From NCBI GenBank assembly GCA_036630325.1, contig CP142727.1, positions 1,471,499 to 1,491,498 of the forward strand: DNA of 20,000 nucleotides, in the 5' to 3' direction. The translations under genes and the position numbers were made by a program. Below the pieces are notes generated by a model. That model was not told the origin of the DNA, did not search any database, and worked only from the letters and a program-made list of their open reading frames with translations. This stretch comes from Vairimorpha necatrix. Lineage: Eukaryota. Position 1 is the stretch's first letter. Every line of letters starts with the position of its first letter. Positions 1 through 8,380 of the stretch are shown in pieces.

Positions 1-2970
1 AATTATATAATCTTAACAATGAAAAATTTATATTTTATGATACTATATTTTTTGAATATTCCAGAGATGAAAATATTTTTCAAATATGGGGTGAATGATC
101 ATTTAAATATAACATTTCTAAAAAATAATTAAATTGATATATTTTTGAATTACACCCCTAATAGATATACTTTTTGTTTTCATATAATTAGACTATCTAA
201 ATCATAGACAATTCAAATAGAGAAGAGAACGATATATAAATAGAAAAGAAAACAAATAAAAAGATTACATATCTAACAATAGTTATAAAACTGTACACTA
301 AATCAAATTTATTGTTCACATTAGAAATTATACCATGGATTAAATAATTGCAGACATAAATTTTGACTGAACCTTTCTGGGATTGATTTGGTTGCAAATT
401 AAATTTTTATAAAAAATGCACATATTTTATTTATGTTCTATAAAAAAAAGTAAAAGGACATTATATTCACATTATAAGTTACTTTAAAAATAATTAGACA
501 AAAAATAAAGTATGCATGAAACAAATTAACTCGTTTCATCCTTATTTCTAATTTCTAAAACCAAATTCCGTACACAATTTTAATTTGGCAGAAAAACAAA
601 TCCCTAGATGAAAGATTATCGAAATGTCATTTCTTACAATAAAAATTTTGATGTTATGTTCAAGCCATTTATAATATTAAAAACGAAAATATATATATGC
701 GAGAAATTAATATTTACAAAATTAAACAAACAATTTCTTTAAAAAACAGTTCAATATTTATTTTAGATGAATCAATAGCTTTCATTCCTCGTATAAAGGA
801 CAAGGATCATATATATCATTATTAAAATAGAAATACTGTCATTATTATTTGTTTGTTCCGTAAATCCGAACCAAATCCTCTATCGTATAACAAAACATAA
901 GGTTACACATTTGATAATCTTTATGAATTTTTAGATTGTAATTTAGTACTGTTTCCTTAATAGAGATGTATTGTTTTTTTTTTAAAATATCAGTTGTTGA
1001 TAAAATTTAGACAAGAAATTAATATGAAAATTACCTTATAAAACAAAGATGAAATACGCTTAATACGTACAATTCATGTCGAATTAATATAATCAACTTG
1101 TTATAAATTAAGAATATTTTGTCAAGCAACATGATTCAATGTATCTGTGTAAAATCAAAAATAAGATAAATTCTTACTCAAAAAATAAATTATATAAAAT
1201 ATAATAATTTGAAATATTTATATTTTTCAATTATTATTTTTAAATGACAAGAAACGTACCTATATTAAAAAGATAATACAAGCGTTAAAATGATGTGAAT
1301 CTAATACACTCTTTAAAAATCAAGACAACTTGCATTTTAGACATAAAACTATGTATGTAGAAATTTTTAAGTTAATAAATATGAATATAAAACTTGCATC
1401 AGCAATATATATAGAGTGGATAAAAAAAATATTAAGTTTAAAACAAAATAACAAACCGTTTTTAATACAATTTTATAATCAATAGTGTAATATAAGAAAA
1501 ATTTACATATAGAGTATAAAATAACTGAAAACTAATGTTCTATATATAAATTAGAGTTGATTATTGTATAAAAAATAATAAGTAATATTGTATAAAGTAG
1601 CTTTTAATAACTATTTTTAAATGTTATATTTTTGTGGTAGACACTGAATATTTAGAACATTTTGAAAATACTTATGAGATATAAAATGAATATCCAGTCC
1701 TTTATCTTTAAGATTAACGTCACTAGAAAAAAACATTGTAACCAAGCCTTTTCCATAATGACTATTAAGATTTACTTTTTTTGAAAATTTTTTTGATCCT
1801 TAAACGACGAAGTGTATTTTGGAAATCATTAAAAAATTTTATGTAAAAATGAGCTTTAAAAAATGAAAAAATAGAACTTTACTATTAATGAACAACTTCA
1901 CTTACAACTAGAAATAAAATTGATGGATACATCGACCGTGTTTTCAAAAAGAGGCCAGGTTTAAAAAAAAACATTACTGATGCAGTGTTTAATGAATTTT
2001 GTTAATATCGAATTAACGTCTAAAGAATTTATCTAGGATCATCTTTTTTTCTTTTATACGATTATATATCCCCATTTTTCAAAATTCGAATAACTGGTAG
2101 TCAAAGAAGTCCGTAGAAAGCAGGATCAAATTTTAGTAATGTTAAATGTCGAGTAAAAGATTTATGTAATGATAAGTGACATTTGTGTAAGTTAATTATG
2201 TACATTATTTTGCAATTTAGAATTTAATTAAAGCTTTGTTTCTCATTAGCAGTGAATCTTGACGATGTAATATAAAGATAGACAAAAACATATGTTCTGA
2301 AACGAAAAAATTACACAATATGTACTTTCTGTAGTTTTTTTTGAGAATTCAAATTGGTATTTATGAATAAACTTCCTACACTAAACGTATGAGAACAAAT
2401 TCATTGTTAACAAAATTCTATGTAATGGTTCTCTCTTATCTTACATGGAAAAAAAATAAAAATTAGGAAGAGTGTAATTTTATGAGAAAAGAAGAGAATG
2501 TCTAGAAATATTATTTTATGAAGGATCATTAACATTTACGAAAATTTTAAAACAATCGAAAAGCGAAATTTATCAGATAAGAAATTTAGCATATAATAAA
2601 ATTTGAAAGTTTGGGCATACGGTAATTGATTGCAATTACATATCTGTCATATAAAGTATATATTGACACTGATTCAGACAAAGTTTAAAATTAGCTTTGA
2701 AAGTCTTTATTAGTTAACATTCAACTTTAGATAATATATTAGTAATAAATAGATAGCAAATTATCATATAAACTGTTTACAGTTATAATTAAGATGAATC
2801 AGTAGAACAAAATATTTCAAATGTAAAGTTATAAATGATTAGAACATTATATAAATACCAAATTAAAGACTGTCATTCTATTATAATGAATAATTTTAAT
2901 GAGTGTAATAAATAAAAATATCATAAAAACGAATATATGATAAAAATTTTTATAAATAAATAAGAATGAT

Positions 2971-2976
<6 letters not shown>

Positions 2977-3006
<30 letters not shown>
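2977..3006. repeat. (AT)15 microsatellite
   Basis: Perfect AT dinucleotide run, ending ~30 bp before the Merlin element. Confidence 0.95.
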
Positions 3007-3009
<3 letters not shown>

Positions 3010-3037
3010 TAAAAATCTAGATTTAGTATAAAAAAAT

Positions 3038-3091
3038 GGTACATGACCGTTTGTCACCCGCTTTGGGAAAATGAACCCGCATTGAAAAATT
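3038..3091 (+). repeat. Merlin TIR (downstream of transposase)
   Basis: GGTACATGACCGTTTGTCACCCGCTTTGGGAAAATGAACCCGCATTGAAAAATT is the reverse complement of 4130-4183 at 52/54 positions. ACCCGC occurs twice inside it. Confidence 0.95.
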
Positions 3092-3132
3092 CAAAAAAAG
3101 GGAAAAATAAAAAAAATTATAAAAAAAGAGAC

Positions 3133-4106
3133 TTAACGATTTATTTTGAATAATGAAAGAAGTCGATTAATTCTTTGGTTTTTTGCTATTTGATAAGACC
3201 ATAGAAACTGTAAAAGATACTCATAGTGCTCGTCCTGGTTTATTCCATGTATAGACCGAATATCTCTCTTCGAAAGAGACCAAAATCCTTCAATTTGTTG
3301 AGTAAGTGTCTCGGGATCGTTAGGATTTACAAAATTGATAGAGTGATTGACAGTCCTATGCTCCATCCCTGTGATTTGTCTAAATGCAGCACCATATGCT
3401 CTCCATTGATCAGTGATCACAATATAACCAGGCAATACATTATCTTGTATTAACTTAAGAAGCGTAGCAATATTTCTACTAGCTACAGGGACGAGAAAGG
3501 CCTTTCTAGAACCTCTTTCAACTCCTCCTACATACCACTGACCTGTGGTATGATTGCCACGATTATATTTGGCACGAAAGAATAGACTCTCGTCGATCTC
3601 CACTACTTTAGGAATGCCTAACTCATCACGACCTCCTAACCTCTGGCTATTATTGGTCACTTCCTCGATTATGCGATCTCTGCAGAGCATACCATATGTA
3701 CTTACGGTTTTTCTGTCTAGCTCAAGATCATTTGCTATATCGAGAAAGGAAACTCTTTTGATATACTTATATATCATTCTTATAATTTTATAAAAACTTA
3801 ATTTGGTATTTTCAAAAATAGAGTCTTTTCTGACAGATTTAGAAGTAGTACAAGGTTTCGTGAATTCCAAACATATTTGTCTAATAATCTTATTCTTCTA
3901 ATCAATTTCATTGGCCTTTCAGAGCTGCATACAGTACAAAAAAAGTTGTTTTGTATTAATGAACTGCGTGCCAGAAACATACACGCTGTCTCAGCATCAT
4001 AAAATGTTTCCAAAATAAAATTTTCATTTATTTCCATGTTTAAAAACATTTCATCACTTAAAAGCTCATCTTCTATAACAAAATTTGTTTTTGTCAATCT
4101 TGCCAT
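3133..4106 (-). pseudogene. Merlin/ISXO2-like DDE transposase split by a 1-nt frameshift at ~3862 (ORFs 3798-4106 and 3133-3870)
   Basis: N-terminal part has CTVC...KYVW. C-terminal part has KPC..SVRKDSIF, an HTH-like IANDLELDRKTVS, and catalytic motifs VEIDES / ITDQWRAY / VNHS.NFV / QIEGFWS. Adding one base (TGG AAT T[G]C ACG AAA CCT TGT) joins them into a 324-aa protein. Confidence 0.9.
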
Positions 4107-4123
4107 TTTTTGAAAGGGGGGGG
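4107..4123 (-). promoter_or_regulatory. C-run (CCC-like motif) just upstream of the transposase ATG
   Basis: Minus strand reads CCCCCCCCTTTCAAAAA-ATG. CCC/GGG-like motifs close to the start codon are an established signal of microsporidian genes. Confidence 0.5.
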
Positions 4124-4129
4124 TCCTTT

Positions 4130-4183
4130 AATTTTTCAATGCGGGTTCATTTTCCCAAAGCGGGTTCCAAACGGTCATGTACC
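4130..4183 (-). repeat. Merlin TIR (upstream of transposase)
   Basis: Reverse complement reads GGTACATGACCGTTTGGAACCCGCTTTGGGAAAATGAACCCGCATTGAAAAATT. Confidence 0.95.
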
Positions 4184-4568
4184 AAAAAAATATATTTAGA
4201 AAAAACATGTTGGCCATGTAAAAGAAGGTGAGTAGTAATTTGGTTGTCGGTAATGAATTTTGATTTTTTTTTATTAAGATAATTAAAACAACGGATTATA
4301 TTACAATAAATACTAAATGAAGGATAAATCATCAGATCAAGCCTTGTAGAATTCTAGTATTTTTTATCGATGTAAGGTTCATATTAATCTTGTCTATTAT
4401 ATTTAATGAACCTAATCTTTTTGTAATATTTAATTTATATATTTTGGGATCTGAAATTATCTTCATTTAAGGAAAATATTTAAAAAAAATATTTTAAATA
4501 TATTATGATTAAACAAAAATGATATATTAAAAATTTAAATAAGATAACTTATAGAGTATAATAAAAAG

Positions 4569-4584
4569 ATATATATATATATAT
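4569..4584. repeat. (AT)8 microsatellite at the 5' flank of the non-LTR fragment
   Basis: Direct reading of the sequence. Confidence 0.8.
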
Positions 4585-4707
4585 TTGAAAAAATGAGGGT
4601 AAGGACAGAGCAGGAGGAAGAAACCGAAAAAATTACAAAACAAACCTCTATAGCAAACATAGACAAAGTAGACACAGAAGAGAAAGAACAGGGGCCAGAA
4701 CACACTA

Positions 4708-5523
4708 GTGTGCCCACTCATCTTCTGTGGACAAGAGGGACAATGTCCCCATTGTGGATCTCATAGGAAGACCGTGGATCATTTAGCTACCAAGTGTGAT
4801 CGAATGTTGGGTTTTGATTATATGAAAAGACACAACGAGGTAGTTAGATGCATTCATCTCTTACTATGTATTAAATATGGGTTTAAGAAGACAAAGAAAA
4901 TACGTGGACACTCAGTACAAGAGATCATGGAAAATGATCGTGCAGAAATAAGAGTAGATACGAGAATATCCACTAATATAAAGGTAACCCATAATAAGCC
5001 TGATATTCTTGTGTTTGACAAGAAGAAGAAAGAAATTTTAATAGTTGAAGTTGGTATAACCAACCAGGATCGACTTACTATAGTTGAGAATGAAAAACTA
5101 AGAAAATATGACCTTCTTGCAAATGAACTGGGACTAATACATAAATCCCGGACAAGAATAGTTCCTTATGTAATGACATGGGATGGAGTGGTGACCAAAT
5201 ATCACAGAAAGTACATCAGGGAGCTAGAAATCCAACCCTACCTGGAAGCATATATCCAGTCTATTGTGATGAAGAAGACTCTAGAGTCCATCTCTTTGGA
5301 ACGACGACGAGGATACGATCAGGAGGATGCAGGAGAAGAAGAAGTGGCTAGAGCTGTAAGCGCACTAGCGAATATGGCGACTGTTAAAGAAGTGGTGTCG
5401 GCAAAGGGGAATGAAGCTGCTAAAGTGAAGTTGGAAAACATTAATAATTCCACAGAAACCAAAGTCTGTGAAGAGCTGAATCCCATGAGCGATACCGGGG
5501 AAAGCTGTGCTATGAATATCTAA
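4708..5523 (+). pseudogene. C-terminal part of a non-LTR retrotransposon ORF: CCHC zinc finger plus restriction-like PD-(D/E)xK endonuclease (R2/R4-Dong-like); RT domain absent
   Basis: CPHC-x7-HLATKC zinc finger, RHN motif, KPDI...VEVGI endonuclease motif and KLRKY..LA.EL. The frame is open for 271 codons but has no RT motifs upstream. Confidence 0.88.
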
Positions 5524-5650
5524 ACATAATTGAAAATTAACTCAATAAATCTTTTATTTTATATTTGAATAAAAAAATAATCTAATAGTAATATTGTTGT
5601 GTTATATAATATAAAAAATAGGTTAAACTATCAAATACTCTAAGAATTTA

Positions 5651-5866
5651 ATAGCGTACATCAAGATGATTAACAGAAGACAAACTAAAGCATTCCAATA
5701 GACTACAAAAGAGGTGTGAAGGTTCCGATTTAAAAAGGACTAAGAGCCGTGAAGCTGCCTACAAACAGGAGATGCTAATGCGGAACCTATTAAGAATATA
5801 CTAGAATATAAAACACCATTAGCATATCCCGTATTAATTCATTTTTATTAGAATAATAATAATAAT
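5651..5866 (+). mobile_element. Degenerate extreme 3' end of a second, related RLE non-LTR retrotransposon, with a structured 3' region and (AAT)5 tail
   Basis: Translation IAYIKMI /frameshift/ QKTN*SIPIDYKRG aligns by eye with EAYIQSIVMKKTLESISLERRRG of the neighbouring ORF. (AAT)5 lies at 5852-5866. Confidence 0.55.
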
Positions 5867-5970
5867 TATGTTTTATATATTTATAAAGATTATTTATATA
5901 TATTATAACAATGGTATTTATTATGTTATTTTCTGGAATAAACTATATTTTTCCATATTAAATATGAATT

Positions 5971-6256
5971 TGTGGTATTATTTACCACATTATTATATTT
6001 TCCTCCAAATGAATTTTCTAGAATTTATTTTTATATAAATATTTTCTTTTTATTTTTACCCCCACCAAAATATGTCAAGAAGAACAGAGGAGTCTAGAAA
6101 TCAGCAGTATCAATCACTGCATCCCCAGAAAAGGGAAGATAAAGCCCAAGGAGGCAGATTTAATAATACAACTTTAATTATAATAAAACTTTAATACCCG
6201 TCAGAAGCATTATAGAATGCTATCTGAGGAACGGCCAACTCCCGGGTAATACCTCA
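5971..6256 (+). repeat. 5' LTR of the gag-only element
   Basis: TG...CA ends with a 9/10 terminal inverted repeat. Contains TATAAAT (6034-6040), a C-run (6059-6063) and an ATG (6072). Confidence 0.92.
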
Positions 6257-6371
6257 ATGAGCTCATTAGTATTAGAAAAAAGTAATAATACTGAGAAATA
6301 AAATGATGATGAAGCATATACCACATTTGATAAAACCATAGAAGGAACTACAATAGTGTTTAAAGAAAAAA

Positions 6372-7025
6372 TTGAAAAATGTAAAACGTGACTGCACCAT
6401 AAATCATCTCGAGCTGTTTGAAGAGCTAGGAACGGCCAATAAATGGACAAATGAGCAGATGGGACTCATCTACCATTCTTTGATTGAAGATTCTAAGGTG
6501 AAAGATAAGCTAAATAAGAAAAGCTTTAAAAAACAAAAAAAAGAACTACTAGAATTCAGATATCCAAAAAATGATGTAGCTTTATTATTAACAGAGATGG
6601 AAACTGTAAAACAGGTAAATTATAGAAGTATAGCAGATTACTTCGAGAAAATAAAGTCGATGATTAAAATATACGGACTATCTATAAACCTATCGAAAAA
6701 GGAATCTGATGTTAGATTGAAACAGATTTTTGAAAAAGGATTAGGCAGATCAACTGCCATTGAAGTTTTAAAATCAGGAATGAAAAACAAGGTAATGGAC
6801 GAGCTATTAAAATATTCACAGGATCTGGAAGAAATGATTATTTTACAGGTGAAACTGGAAGGGAGACTTTATCTCAATTTATATCTAAGAAAGAGAATTA
6901 TGAAAGACCTGAAGAAACAGGAAGATACTTTAAAAGTGATAAGTGGTGCTCTATACATCGAGCAAGATCACATGATACACGAGATTGTCGTCTACAAAAA
7001 CCAAAAGCCAACGATAGAGAAATAA
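6372..7025 (+). pseudogene. Gag (capsid plus nucleocapsid) remnant, frameshifted
   Basis: HLELFEELGTANKWTNEQ resembles the retrotransposon gag FE...N.W motif, and KQIFEKGL resembles the gag F..GL motif. Another frame at 6944-6988 reads WCSIHRARSHDTRDC, a C-x2-H-x4-H-x4-C zinc knuckle variant. Confidence 0.8.
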
Positions 7026-7657
7026 AAAAAGAAGGAAAATCGTTAATGATAAAAAAAATTCCTAACGATGAATTGGATAAAAAAATAAAAAAACCGACTG
7101 CCTATTAATTCAGAAACAAAAAGAAAATAAAATCATCAATAAACAGAAATGTATAAATGAAAGAATAAATAATATAGATAATTGTATTAAAAGGAATTTG
7201 AATAAAAAATAGACAATCTTCTAGCTAAAGTCTTAACTAATATAGTTGACTTTGTGAAAAGGACAGGGAATACGATACCATCAGATGATATATATTCAAA
7301 AATATTAAAATAAATAACAAAGGAAGAAGCAAGCCTCCTGATAAAATTAAAGATAACCATCAACAGGTAAAAGATTTGGCAACATCTAAATATGATAGTT
7401 ATCAGAATAAAAAAAAAATCTTGGAACTTTCAGAAAACATTGCCTCAAAAATAAAATGCAGCAGATGCAATTTAGCATATGTAGATATGGAGTAAAGGGC
7501 GAATCTGAGAAGCTCAAATGTGATAAGTTAAACTCATACCTTGATTCGAGGTTTAGAATATCCAACCCAGCTATTTCTTAGAAACGGCGAAAAGAACTAT
7601 TTGATGATTTCGGAGGAATCCGTATTCTAATTTGCTGATTTTTTGCAGGAGGTAGTA

Positions 7658-7943
7658 TGTGGTATTATTTGCCACATTATTATATTTTCCCTCCAAATGA
7701 ATTTTTAGAATTTATTTTTCTATAAATATTTTCTTTTTATTTTTACCCCCACCAAAATATGTCAATAAGAACAGAGGAGTCTAGAAATAAGCAGTATCAA
7801 TCAATGCATCCTTAGAAGAGGAAAGATAAAGCCCAAGGAGGCAGATTTAATAATACAACTTGCATTATAATAAAACTTTAATACCCGGGAGAAGCATTAT
7901 AGAATGCTATCTGAGGAATGGCCAACTCCCGGGTAATACCTAA
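7658..7943 (+). repeat. 3' LTR of the gag-only element
   Basis: Copy of 5971-6256. The terminal CA reads AA, followed directly by the GAATT TSD. Confidence 0.92.
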
Positions 7944-8002
7944 GAATTAAACATAAAAACAAGAAATAAATATATGACAAATTAATAATTTTTTTTTCTT
8001 TA

Positions 8003-8380
8003 GGGAGTATCTACACATCTTATATCCGGCATGAAGCCTGATCCGAAGTTGAAGTGATGAGTCTAAATTTACATATTGATTTATATTATTTGTTTGTTTT
8101 GCTGCTCATCGGAATTGTAGGTCAGGGGTAAATTCCGTTTAAATAGTCAATCAGATTAACTGTCAAACTCTTTGAGATGTAATCAAACAAACATGAAACC
8201 GAAGTTCTACTGAATTAGTAGTACTTCATGTGACATGCACTTGTCTTACTTTTAGTTTGTGAATGTCAAACATGTCTAATGTTTATTTACAATACTCTTA
8301 GACGTTTGACAGTACCAATAATCATTGTATAATTATAAACAAGATTCGTCAGTGCAGGTCTGCAGCCTCACACATCTGAA
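8003..8380. other. GC-richer, hairpin-dense non-coding island (possible PIF/Harbinger-type transposon end or structured RNA)
   Basis: Several inverted repeats, three TGTCAAAC motifs (one inverted), no ORF. Begins TTA|GGGAGTATCTACAC. Confidence 0.4.

Larger units (their letters stand above)
3038..4183 (-). mobile_element. Merlin superfamily DNA transposon (IS1595/IS1016-related), full length, 1146 bp
   Basis: 54-bp TIRs starting GG (3038-3091 and 4130-4183, 2 mismatches). 8-bp TSD AAAAAAAT (3030-3037 and 4184-4191). Internal DDE transposase. GG termini and an 8-9 bp TSD are established Merlin hallmarks. Confidence 0.95.
5971..7943 (+). mobile_element. Non-autonomous LTR retrotransposon (gag-only, probably Ty3/gypsy), 1973 bp
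   Basis: 286-bp direct repeats (5971-6256 and 7658-7943, ~17 differences by eye). Ends TGTGGTATTA...TAATACCTCA. 5-bp TSD GAATT (5966-5970 and 7944-7948). Purine-rich tract at 7647-7657. Internal gag remnant. Confidence 0.92.

Noticed and set aside
197-397. 66-aa minus-strand ORF with a hydrophobic C-terminus
   Set aside because: Non-ATG start, and the F/I/Y bias is what T-rich DNA gives by chance; no motif.
3226-3793. Plus-strand ORFs 3226-3453 and 3554-3793
   Set aside because: Antisense shadows of the Merlin transposase.
4147-5063. Short minus-strand ORFs (4147-4332, 4527-4721, 4535-4717, 4854-5063)
   Set aside because: They overlap a TIR or are antisense to purine-rich retroelement sequence; low complexity.
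5713-5829. Pseudoknot as an HDV-like ribozyme or RNase P/MRP P4
   Set aside because: No P3/L3/P1.1 between the crossing stems, too short, and the conserved RNase P/MRP regions are lacking.
8117-8126. GTAGGTCAGG (minus strand CCUGACCUAC, in a hairpin loop) as a telomerase RNA template
   Set aside because: It would template TCAGG, which is absent from the telomeric array; one mismatch in 10 nt is weak evidence.
8315-8352. Minus-strand CTGACGA followed by a stem, like a hammerhead ribozyme core
   Set aside because: The required GAAA after stem II is missing.
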